A stretch of DNA of 62,879 bases, the filler included, from Basidiobolus ranarum (taxonomy: Eukaryota): the NCBI GenBank assembly GCA_040143965.1. It is 46 parts of 46 records of this genome, joined end to end, with 100 filler letters (N's around TTAATTAATTAA, not from the genome) between each part and the next. Parts side by side here need not be neighbours in the genome. Positions count along the whole stretch, not along the records: positions 12,359 to 13,630 come from JASJQH010005740.1; positions 13,731 to 15,001 come from JASJQH010005741.1; positions 15,102 to 16,372 come from JASJQH010005742.1; positions 16,473 to 17,743 come from JASJQH010005743.1; positions 17,844 to 19,114 come from JASJQH010005744.1; positions 19,215 to 20,485 come from JASJQH010005745.1; positions 20,586 to 21,856 come from JASJQH010005746.1; positions 21,957 to 23,226 come from JASJQH010005747.1; 38 more parts are not named here. One strand, given 5' to 3'. The notes under the pieces are model-generated. The model worked only from the letters and a program-made list of their open reading frames with translations. It was not told where the DNA came from and made no database searches. Below are positions 13,028 to 24,236 of this stretch, piece by piece. Both the position numbers and the translations under genes were made by a program. Position 1 is the first letter of the stretch. Each line of letters starts with the position of its first letter.

Positions 13028-13630
13028 TGTTAAAGTTTATTGTCTTAATCATATTTGTTATATCTACCATTATACACCTAACTGTTTGATATATCACATA
13101 TAAGTTAGATAACATTATTTAGTCAAATATCACTCAACTGAAAATTGGAACCTATATTATATATATATGTGAATAATGTGAGAATTAGCAATTCCATATT
13201 GGAAATTTCAAACTCATCCAACTTGCCCCAAAGATAGCTCATTTTACTCCCACAGATGTTCTAAACACAAACCCAGTGTTAGTTTTCTATATTTCTGTCA
13301 AAATGTATAAATGCTTTATTTCTGGACAATAAATAATTATCTTACAAAGCTATTCACAACTCCACTTTTCTAAAGTTCCTCCAAACAGCCCATATTTTCC
13401 CAATAGGTCATGAGCCCCATGTTCTAACCTTTGCAGCATGACAGAAATCACTACTACCACTCTTATTAACTCAAGTGTTGAAAAGCTTGATGGAGAAAAT
13501 TACAATTTCTGGAAGTTCTAGATGCAAATCATGCTGGAAGACAGGGAGCTTTGGGATGTAGTCTCTGGAGATGAAAAGGAACCTTCTGACCCTTCTTTAC
13601 TGGAAGCCTACAAGAAAAGAGACAAGAAGG
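13028..13630 (+). mobile_element. Copia family 1 5' end: LTR-B (13028-13405, 378 bp), PBS (13406-13418), gag start (ATG at 13438)
   Basis: TGTT...CCCAATA followed directly by GGTCATGAGCCCC; gag MTEITTT..EKLDGENYNFWKF. Confidence 0.92.
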
Positions 13631-13730
13631 NNNNNNNNNNNNNNNNNNNNNNNNNNNNNNNNNNNNNNNNNNNNTTAATTAATTAANNNNNNNNNNNNNN
13701 NNNNNNNNNNNNNNNNNNNNNNNNNNNNNN

Positions 13731-13889
13731 TCCTTCACCACATGTAATGTGTGTCCATTCGCTATTGGAGCATTGGTCAATCTGGTTCGGACTGTCAGAA
13801 GCGCATTTTATCTCACCATTTGTACAATCAGCCAGAACCACTGAAGCGTATACAAGAGCTGATAGGGCTAGACCGCAGAAAGACTTCAT
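13731..13889 (-). CDS. Secreted Cys-rich protein with a CBM19-like (chitin-binding) module, 5' part
   Basis: Signal peptide MKSFCGLALSALVYASVVLA, then CTNGEIKC..DQCSNSEWTHITCGEG; TATAAAA near 13962-13968. Confidence 0.7.
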
Positions 13890-14890
13890 GATTTAGGTAT
13901 GTTTTCTAGAAGAGTAAGCGTGGAATTTGATTTGATTTGCAATGAGATGGAACTGCTTGGGTTTTATACTTGAGAATGACTATGTTGAGCTATTCTCATT
14001 CTTATGAGCGGTTTCTAAATGTGTCAGGGTTGGCAGCCGAAATTTTTAAATTACTCACTTAGTAAACTGATCATGACTATGGCCCCACGAATTTTACGGC
14101 TTGGAATATATCTTGAATTTTATTGGGAGTCTATAATGCAGGAATCTAATTCATGTATGGGTAGAGGCTACATGTCTGGTAACTTAAAGGTTGATTAAAA
14201 TCTAATATTGCCATTGGTGGATTCATCCGCTCATTCGCTCATTACTTCATTTTACTTAATTTGCTTGAAACATAGCATTATATAATGTATTGTTGGATTC
14301 TGTCAAATTAAGTGATGGATATCAGGAGTGCATTATGAAGCATTACTAAGCTCGATTTACTCAGTTAACTTTATTTCACAAATGGAAGATATGCTCATCT
14401 GATTCATTATTTCTGTGTGTTTATTGCTACAGCCATGCGAATTGGCGAGTGACATGTGGCTTTTTTTCCTTTCAAAAGCGGAACAACGTCATTCATTAGA
14501 TGAATTTACCTGTCAATCTGCAATCTGCTCTATTAGAAGTTTGTGGTGAATTCTCGGTGTGTCTTGGCCTATAACCTTAGACACTGAATATATCTTCGAA
14601 CATCTTACCATGCCTATTTGACTGACTTGTATTGGCTAAATTCATATGATAGATTGTATTTGTAGAATAGATAGACCAATATCCTTGTAAGACAACATCA
14701 ATATCAGAACTATTGTAATCTTCTAGTAATTGGAACCTTGCATCAAGAATCTCTGTGATGATTTTGAGCTCTCTAATGCCTATAATATAATGTATTTCTC
14801 TTGCAAAGTGTGATGGAGTTAGTTACAAAGGTAATAATAATTAAACAGGCTGAAAATTCAATTTGTTTTTTGTAAGTATTGACTTCAGAT

Positions 14891-15001
14891 TGTTGAAGTT
14901 TATTGTCTTTATCATATTTGTTATCTCTATCTTTATACACCTAACTATTTCATATATCACATATAAGTTAGTTAACATTACTTAGTCAAATATCACTTGG
15001 C
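14891..15001 (+). repeat. LTR family B, 5' part
   Basis: Starts TGTTGAAGTTTATTGTCTTTATC, as at 56959. Confidence 0.88.
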
Positions 15002-15101
15002 NNNNNNNNNNNNNNNNNNNNNNNNNNNNNNNNNNNNNNNNNNNNTTAATTAATTAANNNNNNNNNNNNNNNNNNNNNNNNNNNNNNNNNNNNNNNNNNN
15101 N

Positions 15102-16372
15102 CGTTGCCAAATAGGAGCAACTCTATAATGTAATATAGGGCTTAGAAAAGCTTCGAGATACGTACTCTGAATCTCCGGTGACCGGATTCCAGTGATAGTA
15201 CCTGTTCTTAGAGTCGATTTGGGGAATGTTATGTTGAAGATTTTGGTCAAAACTGGCATAGTGGAATAAGTACAGTGCCCGGAGTCTGTAAGCTTGACTT
15301 GAAGACGCCAAGATCTGAGGTTAAATCAAAATTCGCAACGTATTAGCCTTTAACTCCATGTACTTGTATGAAATGGAACACAAATAGCGATAATGGGAGA
15401 AGTTAGATACCGGTTCTTGACTGAAAATTCACTCTCCTAAAGGTATGTTACGCCTATGTTTAGAGGAAGGTAACGAAGTATTTGGAGATCAAAAGCCAAA
15501 TTGGAGTGAAATGAATGTTGTTAGTATTGTCTTCTTTTAGTGAGTACTTGCCAATATCTAAAACCCATCCAAGATTGTCAGATTGATTTAAATTAATGAT
15601 ATCAGCTCAGCTAACAATATTTTGGAACCAGTATGTGTCTGCCAATGTGGATATCGCTGGAGAAGAGTACTTTGTTTCAGCCTTTCTTGGATTCATTTTA
15701 GTGCCACGGTGGCTAGGAGTGTTTAATATCTGTGGTCATTTCTAAAGAGATGCTCATAACTAGGGAATGATCGCTAAACAAATAATTATGTGAGTTACAT
15801 ATATGAAATGAATCGACATATTATTTCCTGGAAGAAATACTGTGATTAATTTAGAAATTATAAAACTTAGATCAATGTTAGAGCTGAATTAAATAAGTAG
15901 CATCGCCATAAAAAAATATTGTTTTCAATGTTATATGTACATGATAATATTGGTGAGAGTAGAAATATATAGGTGTTGTTCACACCATAAACATCCCATA
16001 TATACCTAGTTCCTTCCCCTTTAACTTTCTTCATTCTGCTGTTCTCAAAAAGACCATTGTTTCTAGGATTATAATGAATTTTAGCCGCTTCCATTGCGTT
16101 TGCGTCTTCTCACATTTCAAGCTTCAGATTCATCACCACAATGATATAGTAACACTTGATTAGTTAAGCGAACCATACGGTTATATCCGAAGATGCATAA
16201 GCGTCTAATTGAGAGAGATTCATCAACATCCGACGAGAATCGGTTTGTTCAAGCTCTAATAATTGATCGAAAGCAGAAATGATTGAACTGAAGCTTCTGA
16301 AGCATGGTCGATTAATTGAATTTAGCATCTTGATCAGCAGTCAATATGCAAATACTGGCAAAGGGAGCAGTC
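15102..16372 (-). CDS. Internal part of a multi-exon host gene of unknown function
   Basis: CpG-retaining contig with open exon-like blocks (SAFDQLLELEQTDSRRMLMNLSQLDAY; MEAAKIHYNPRNNGLFENSRMKKV; ILASSSQAYRLRALYLFHY..RYYHWNPVTGDS) bounded by GT..AG-like sites; exon limits uncertain. Confidence 0.45.
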
Positions 16373-16472
16373 NNNNNNNNNNNNNNNNNNNNNNNNNNNN
16401 NNNNNNNNNNNNNNNNTTAATTAATTAANNNNNNNNNNNNNNNNNNNNNNNNNNNNNNNNNNNNNNNNNNNN

Positions 16473-17743
16473 GTCCATACAGTGATTTTTGTAGCTTACA
16501 CACATCCTCAGGGTGCTCAGGATTCACAAAGCCTTCTGGCTGATCCATTAAAATACCCTCTTCCAAGTCCCCATTCAAAAAAGCAGTTTTAACATCCATT
16601 TGATGGATTTTTAAGCTGTGTTTTGCTGCTACTGCTAGTACGGTTCTGATGGAATTAAACTTTGCTACAGGAGCAAAAGTTTCATTGTAGTCCACTCCTT
16701 CCATTTGAGAGTATCCTTTAGCCACAAGTCTGGCTTTATATCTCTCTACAGATCCATCAGCTTGCTGCTTAACTTTAAACACCCATTTGCATCCAATTGA
16801 TTTTTGGTCATTAGGTAACTTAACCAAAGTCCAAGTTTGGTTATCTATGAGTGACTGATACTCCTCTGCCATTGCAGCACTCCAAAACTTTGTGTTGGGA
16901 CTCTCCATAGCCTCCTGTACTGATTTGGGTTCATCAGAAAAGGCTAAATTAGCACTAGGCTCCTTTTGGCTAGTGTGAGAATAGTAATCAGGTGGAGATC
17001 TCATCCGATTGGATCTCCTAAGATGGGAAATTGGCACTACAACTTCTGGTACCAATTTAGGCAATGAAACCACCTCAGGCTTGGTTGAGGACACTGCTGG
17101 TGAGAGATTTTCAATGTTTTTCTCACTGATCAGGATCTGGTGAGAAAAAGAAGAATTTTCATCAATTTTTGGTTGTTTTTCTTGATCCTGGATTGTTTTG
17201 ATGAAAATTTTTCTTCTTCGGCAAATTCCGTGTCTCTTGACCTGATTAGCTTCTTATTTTCAGTGTCATACAGTCTGTACTCTTTTGTCCCATCACAATA
17301 TGCCAAAAAAAGACATTTCTGGCTTTTTCTGTCTAATTTTGATCTCTTCTGGTCTGTAATCATTGCATACGCAGTACTGCCAAAAACTCTGAGATTAGCC
17401 ACATCAGGTTTACTTCCAAACCAAGCTTGATAAGGTGTCATAGCTAGTAGAGACCTAGAAGGACATCTATTCCTAATAAACACTGCAGTTGCAACCAATT
17501 CAGCCCAGAACTGTTTTGGTAAATCTTGATCATGAAGCATTGATCTTGCCGTTTCCATTATTGATCTGTTTGGACATTCTGCTACTCCATTCTGTTGTGG
17601 AGAATATGGCACTGTAGTCTGCTGTTTTATCCCATGTGTTGAGCAGAAGTTAGAGAAGAGTTTTGAGGTATATTCCCCTCCATTATCAGTACGGATAATC
17701 TTAATCTTTAGACCTGTTTCAGTCTCCACCATTGCTTTGAACT
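16473..17743 (-). mobile_element. Ty1/Copia family 1 integrase-RT, a relatively intact copy
   Basis: [64 protein letters not shown]; integrase precedes RT (Copia order). Confidence 0.97.
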
Positions 17744-17843
17744 NNNNNNNNNNNNNNNNNNNNNNNNNNNNNNNNNNNNNNNNNNNNTTAATTAATTAAN
17801 NNNNNNNNNNNNNNNNNNNNNNNNNNNNNNNNNNNNNNNNNNN

Positions 17844-18206
17844 CTATTGTTTCAGATTTATTAGTATTAATCCACATTAGCCGTATAATTTTCTGGAAAA
17901 ATCTGCAATCTTCAGGAACATTCCACAAGATTTTTGGAATATTTGATGTCTGATTGAGTTTTGACCAACCAAAACTTGATTCTGCCATTACATCCCATGA
18001 CTTTCTGGATTATTCCATAACCCTCCAGAACATTCCATGAGTTACTAATCTTAGGATTTATGGTGATACCATAATCCCAGATCCCCATCAATAGAATTGT
18101 CTGGAATTTTCCAGAAATTCTCATTAGTAATGACTTCTACCATCAGAAAACTATGAATAGTAGCAATATCTTCTCAAATAAAAATCATCCTGGTTTTTAA
18201 CTAACA
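17844..18206 (+). repeat. Putative LTR 3' portion rich in heat-shock-element arrays
   Basis: Phased TTCnnGAA arrays; AATAAA at ~18177; ends ..CTAACA; no second copy in the window. Confidence 0.5.
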
Positions 18207-18782
18207 ATTACTACTTGTGATCACCCCTGATTTGCATCATGGCTTGAAAGACCTTTGAAGAGAAAGCTCAAGAGAGACTACTGGAGGCAGTTACAGGCTA
18301 CTGTGTGACTAGAAACAACTTGACTGGCTCAGAGGAAGTACTGATAGGTAGGTGTTATATTTCTGATACTTTATATTTTTTCCCTACCTTTGTCAGCATA
18401 CACAAGGAACTTTTCATATCATCAATAAAATACAATGGTGCATCCTCATTCAAGACCCTGCTGGCTGAGTTTACAGTTGTTTTTGATTGGATGTACCCTT
18501 TTTATCTGATCATTCTCAAAGGATGTTGAACCCAGTATATTCTTCTGTCAGATGCGAGCATATTATTCAACAGAAAGCTGGACAGCGCATTGTGGTGTAT
18601 TAGTCCTTAGATATTTCTAGAGGCTTGGTTTCCTTTCACAAAGACCCAAGAGGCAAGAGACAGACCCATATTACAGTACATCTCAGAGTTATTCAACTGT
18701 GGTTATCACACCGTTTGAACATCCCACAAAATCCTTAAGATATTGCAGTTATAGTTGCTGCTCACACCCTAAAACAACTACA

Positions 18783-19114
18783 CTATCACTTGCTCTGATG
18801 ATGAGTGATTTAGCATTTTGGAAACTGTACAGAATCTTGCCCAAAATCACCTGAATTTGAGCCAATTACAGAAAAAGCAAAAACCAGGTGTTACTCTGAA
18901 GGTTCTTGACTTATTTCATGAGACTTATCCTGGGTTTTTGCCAGCAAATAGCAATTGGGCTAGTATAGGCCTATTCATGAAACATCTTAAAAATGTACCA
19001 ATTACTGGCTTGGAAAAGAAAGAAAAGCAGCTAAAGAAGTACTCAAGGAGCAGGAAGTTAGTAAATGCAAGGCAAAAGCAATGGAGCCAGTTAGTTTAGG
19101 CTCTACTGTCCCAC
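18783..19114 (+). mobile_element. CACTA ORF2 internal fragment
   Basis: QKPGVTLKVLDLFHETYPGFLPANSNWASIGLFMKHLKNV; matches the 40200-40430 region. Confidence 0.85.
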
Positions 19115-19855
19115 NNNNNNNNNNNNNNNNNNNNNNNNNNNNNNNNNNNNNNNNNNNNTTAATTAATTAANNNNNNNNNNNNNNNNNNNNNNNNNNNNNN
19201 NNNNNNNNNNNNNNTCTAGTCATATTAGATATATTTCTGAGTGAAGATGCGATTCAATCTAATTGGTAAATCCACTTACTACGGATTTTCCACTTCTGAT
19301 AAAATTGTATTCATGTCAATATTTGTACTCACATTTATATCCATTTGCGTTTACATCTCAAACGATATAGGCACATCATCAAAAATATACCTAAGATAGA
19401 ATAATATTCGTACCTGAAAATCACTCATGTACAGCATATTAGTGTTACTCTATCGTATCTGTCTTTTTTCTTATGACATGCATCACTTGGTGTTTTTACA
19501 ACGGAGTTGTATTCCGACAAGAGAGATCGCAAGTGTATCAATATACAAGTATTTGTCTGGTATACTTCAAGTCTATCGTATACCCGGGCTGTTTATTACA
19601 TTGATTTTCTAAACAAGAATTGTGGGTTGATGTTCATATTTCAAGAGACATCATCTGGTTCTGTCATTCAAATTATTATAGATCGGAGTGACAGTAGCTG
19701 AGACGATAGCCCGATACAAAATTTATGCTATACAATGTGGGAGTTCTGATGGTATAAGATACCAAAGGAAAAACAAAGGCTAAAAATACAACTCGAAATC
19801 TAGCTGAGAATATATCACAATGGATTAACCTTACCAACCGAATTTGGATAGATTA

Positions 19856-20485
19856 CTACTCAATTATACTATCTGGAAGTTGTGATTGCTTAAACATCGA
19901 TACAAATATATTCCATATTTCGAGGTCAAAATTGGTAGAATTTTCATTACTACTTCCAAGGACTGCAGGTCCATTTGCTGCCAATTCTGAGGAGTGAAAA
20001 GTATTCGCGTCAGCAAATGCATGGTTATTGCCAGTATCTCCTCCAAAATATATCTCTGGCTCCGACATTCTATAAAGGTCAGCGTAACTTAAGGGGTAGG
20101 TGGAGGAGAATGAAACTGAGGACGGGCTAGAGTTTTTGAGATGTGGATAATTCTCTGATGTAGCTGTGGACATGTTGATATACGTCTGTTCGGATCGTAA
20201 AAGCAAGCTTTCGGAGTCATGTCGAGAGGGTAGGCTGGACAGATAATCGGCTGTAGAAAGTTGTTCGTTAGATGGGGAATAGATCACTGGCTGCTGAGAG
20301 TCAGATATCATGTCAGAAAATCCATGAGACTGGATCATATCCTTAACGAATAGTAAGTAAAAGGACATGATTACCGAGTCGATATTCAGGTTCTTAAGGA
20401 TGTTAAGGTTGACAATCAGATTAGCCTTGGAGGCATAAGCCAAATTAGAGTCTAACTTAGGTATGTTCATTGTGTGAATAGTACT
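19856..20485 (-). CDS. Ser-rich, low-complexity C-terminal part of a host protein of unknown function
   Basis: About 210 open codons up to the contig edge; CpG retained; may contain an in-frame intron. Confidence 0.55.
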   Translation of the reverse strand, partial: STIHTMNIPKLDSNLAYASKANLIVNLNILKNLNIDSVIMSFYLLFVKDMIQSHGFSDMISDSQQPVIYSPSNEQLSTADYLSSLPSRHDSESLLLRSEQTYINMSTATSENYPHLKNSSPSSVSFSSTYPLSYADLYRMSEPEIYFGGDTGNNHAFADANTFHSSELAANGPAVLGSSNENSTNFDLEIWNIFVSMFKQSQLPDSIIE

Positions 20486-20585
20486 NNNNNNNNNNNNNNN
20501 NNNNNNNNNNNNNNNNNNNNNNNNNNNNNTTAATTAATTAANNNNNNNNNNNNNNNNNNNNNNNNNNNNNNNNNNNNNNNNNNNN

Positions 20586-21136
20586 AAGGAAATTCTGATG
20601 TAAAGTTTCAGTCCGGACCTAGCTTTGAAGTTGAAGGTAGCGGTGTAAAATCTGACCAGGGAGAGGTTGTTGACTCCGGGCCATATGATGATAATAATAT
20701 TACCCCAGGAGTGTATGAAATGCCACAAGATACTGAAGGCGGGATGGAAATGGCCCCAACACCACCAGCGGATGGTTTTAGCTCTGAAGATGCTTCGCCG
20801 CCTCAAGCATTAGATTCAGGGTTCAATAATGAGAATAACGATGCACAAGGTATAACTGATACAGGCTCAGCAGATGCTGAATCCTTCGATCTCCCTTCGC
20901 ACTTAGCAAATACTCTTGGTCAATCTTTACCTCAGCAAGCGTTACCTGATCAGGTCCAAGGGAATTCAGCACAAGCAGGCCATGCCCTGTCCGATTCGAA
21001 TCAGTTTGATCAAGCACAGACAATAGATCAAATATTATATCAGCCTTCGCAGCCCATCGAACAAGAACAGCCTTCTTCGCCAGAAGAGCCGGAAGAGCCC
21101 TCATCCTCCGGCTCAAGGTGCGGCAGGTGTAACTAA
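20586..21136 (+). CDS. Acidic Gln/Pro/Ser-rich protein, 3' part (open from the contig edge); paralog of 816-1273
   Basis: Frame open from GNSDVKFQSGPSFEVEG.. to ..SRCGRCN*; contains the ALSDSNQFDQAQTIDQILYQP motif. Confidence 0.75.
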
Positions 21137-21956
21137 AGATGTGATTAGCAACACATTATGTAATTAGTAAATATTCATTAATATCACTCATTAAAAAATA
21201 AATCATGTTATGTTTAACAATAGTGTTAACTTCGTCTAAGCAATGATTAGACTGAAAAAAGCCATTGTATATTTAAAGATAAGATTCTTAAAAGATTAAT
21301 GCTAGTCATCTCCTAATCATCTTATATACGTAATAAAATGACACTAGTCTAATCCAAATGCGATAGCATAGGACACCAATCAGATAACGTAGTTGAGCAT
21401 TCAATAAATGCTTCAACGAATAACAATAATGAAATATTTCTTTTACTTTTTATCGAGATTATTTATATCTACAAAGCCTAATCTACCGTCAGACCTCTCA
21501 CATAAGCACACTTGTACAATGCAATCCCATAATCTTAAACATCAAGCAAATTCACCGTACATATATATCTATTAACGAGGGTCACATTGACAATGAAGAT
21601 AGTCTCTACGTGAAGTTGTGCCATTCCTGTGAGCACCTTTCGAGTAACATACTTGAATCAACGTAGCTCGAGTCATTTTGACAGTCGGTACTGACAATTT
21701 TGGCATTAACTTTAATTAGTCATCCGCCTTACTAATTGTATCAGTTTTACTTGATATTCGTTCTTTAATCCGAAAAAGCAGCAATATCCAGTTTTTGTTT
21801 CCGATACTAAAAACCATGAAAATTTGAATGATGCGAGTTTCAACAAGCAAGAAAGTNNNNNNNNNNNNNNNNNNNNNNNNNNNNNNNNNNNNNNNNNNNN
21901 TTAATTAATTAANNNNNNNNNNNNNNNNNNNNNNNNNNNNNNNNNNNNNNNNNNNN

Positions 21957-23132
21957 CAGCTATGTAATTCCCTTTTTGATCCCAGATTGTGCAGCCATTT
22001 TGATCAAAATTAAAGCTCTATCCCTCAGATGTAGCTTTACTCACTGATAACAAATTTTTTGCTGTCCCAGGCACATATAGCACATTTTTCAGTGTCAAAC
22101 ACATGTCCCCAGAGATGCCCCCAAGATCCACTTCAATTTCTCCTACCCCAGAGCTTCTAGTGGCCAGTCATCTCCCATATAAACCTTCTGATTTATGTCA
22201 GTTTTGACAGTCTTAAACAAGTTTTTTTGATTAGAGAAATGTTGAGAGCCTCCAGAATCAATATACCACAACCTACAGTCTTGTTCAGAGGTCACTGATA
22301 GGGCAGAAATGAATAAAACTTATTCTTTGGTTGAAACCTGATTTGCTTGTTCTGACTTCTCATTTTGTTGTAATTTCTTGATTTGCAATCTTTTATCTGG
22401 TGTCCTGGTTTGTTACAACCATTGCATAAACCTGTTTTCCTTCTTTTGTGACCTTTGTACTTGCCTAAGCTACATTTTCCAGCTCCAAAAAGAGCCACTT
22501 CCTCAGACTGCTTTTCCAAATTCTTACTTCTGAGATGTTGATCCATTAGCCTTGCTAACAAAAACTCCAAAGATAAGTAGTCAGATCTTGCTTCCAAAGC
22601 TGTCACCAAGCTTGAATATTGTTCTGGTAGACTACTTAGAAGAGTCATAATAACATCTTCTTCCTGTAAAGTTGCATCAATATTTTACAGTTGTTTTGCT
22701 GAAGATCTCACATTTGCAATATGAGTAACCATGCTTTCATACTTGTCCATCTTTATATTGAAGAATTTTTGTTTGAAAAAGAGTCTATTGGCAAGACTCT
22801 TTGCTTCATAACTCTCTTCCAATATAGTCCAAGCTTGATGGGAAGTCTTTGCATATTGAATAATCACAATTTATGAATCCTTCAAACTTTGACAAATGAC
22901 ATTAAAGGCCTTCTTGTCTCTTTTCTTGTAAGCTTCAAAAAAGAAGGGTCAGAAGGTACCTTTTCATCTCCAGAGACTACATCCCAAAGCTCCCTCTCTT
23001 CCAGCATGATTTGCATCTTGAGCTTCCAGAAATTGTGACTTTCTCCATCAAGCTTTTCAACACTTGAGTAAATAAAAGTGGTAGTAGAGGTTTCTGTCAT
23101 GATGTAAAGATCAGAACATGGGGATCATAACC
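21957..23132 (-). mobile_element. Ty1/Copia family 1 PBS (23120-23132), gag (ATG at 23100) and protease
   Basis: MTETSTTT..EKLDGE..WKLKMQ; CNGCNKPGHQIKDC zinc knuckle; WYIDSGGSQH. Confidence 0.93.
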
Positions 23133-23226
23133 TGTTGAAATTATTTAGGGCAAAATATTGGTCTGGCCAGGATTTGAACCTGGGACCGGCTTCACTCTAG
23201 CAAGGGGCTCTCACCACTGAGCTACC
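23133..23226 (-). ncRNA. LTR-like 3' end (..TTTCAACA) containing a tRNA-derived Pol III cassette (23159-23226)
   Basis: A box TAGCTCAGTGG; D stem GCTC/GAGC; T arm CCAGG-TTCAAAT-CCTGG; 3' CCAGACCA then TTTT; anticodon arm does not pair; abuts the PBS. Confidence 0.75.
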
Positions 23227-23326
23227 NNNNNNNNNNNNNNNNNNNNNNNNNNNNNNNNNNNNNNNNNNNNTTAATTAATTAANNNNNNNNNNNNNNNNNN
23301 NNNNNNNNNNNNNNNNNNNNNNNNNN

Positions 23327-24024
23327 TTCAGGTTTTTCAGATCACCGGTGAAAGCCAAACAACCATTTGGACATGAAGGCAGTTTAATTACTGAAGGATT
23401 ATAAGTCATATGATTGACAAGTGTTTTCCACTTGTACCAGGTTTGTGGCAAGCAACAGTTGCCAATCAACTGTGGTAAAAGTGTAAGAAAACCAATAAAC
23501 ACCTGGTTGCTAAGATTGGATTGAACTCTCCACTCCTCAATAATCAAAGCTGCTTCCTTTACTGTAAGTGTTATGAGTGGACTAATATTTGCCAATAACA
23601 AAGAGTCCGTAACAAAACCGTCATCTTCTTCTTCAACTTCTGATATACTACCATTGGTACTGGAATAACCAAGGTCAACATCTAGCAGCAATTCCTCAAA
23701 GTTGTCTGGACTTACTGGTTCAACCAAAGTTGCATTTTGACCTACATCATTCTGGTCATATAACTGTGGTAACTCCACAGTATCTTGACTTTTGGCAGTG
23801 TTACCAAAACTTTGAGGCAAACTACAGTCAGTGGACTCAATAGGCAAAACTAAAGTTGATTTAGTGCACTTATTACTGTTGTTATACACCAGGCTTTGTG
23901 CAGCTGGTGGCTTTGTACAGTGACCGTGCTTGTGATTATTTTTTCTATGAAGCCTCCAGCTTTCATAGCACAAGAATTTGCAACAATAATAGCAGGGCTT
24001 CTTTAAATGTTTGTGTTGCGGCAT
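23327..24024 (-). mobile_element. CMC/CACTA (EnSpm-like) transposase, N-terminal part, frame intact
   Basis: N-terminal CxxC..H..H, an acidic linker, then LSNQVF..LPQTWY..CPNGCLAFTGDLKNL, typical of the Tnp2/TnpD N-terminus. Confidence 0.85.
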
Positions 24025-24236
24025 GAGAAGGATATTGTAGAAAAAAGAACACCTCCCACATAAGGGTGGTATTTTAGGTATAGCCCATCAATATCATCAG
24101 CTGATTCTGAGATGGTGTCACAGATGAGTCATCAGGGGATTTACAAGATATTTCCAGTAATGGATGGCAATTTTGGTTTATTATAAGCTGTTTCTAAGCA
24201 ATTTCATTACACCAAGTTTACCATCTGAAAATTTCA

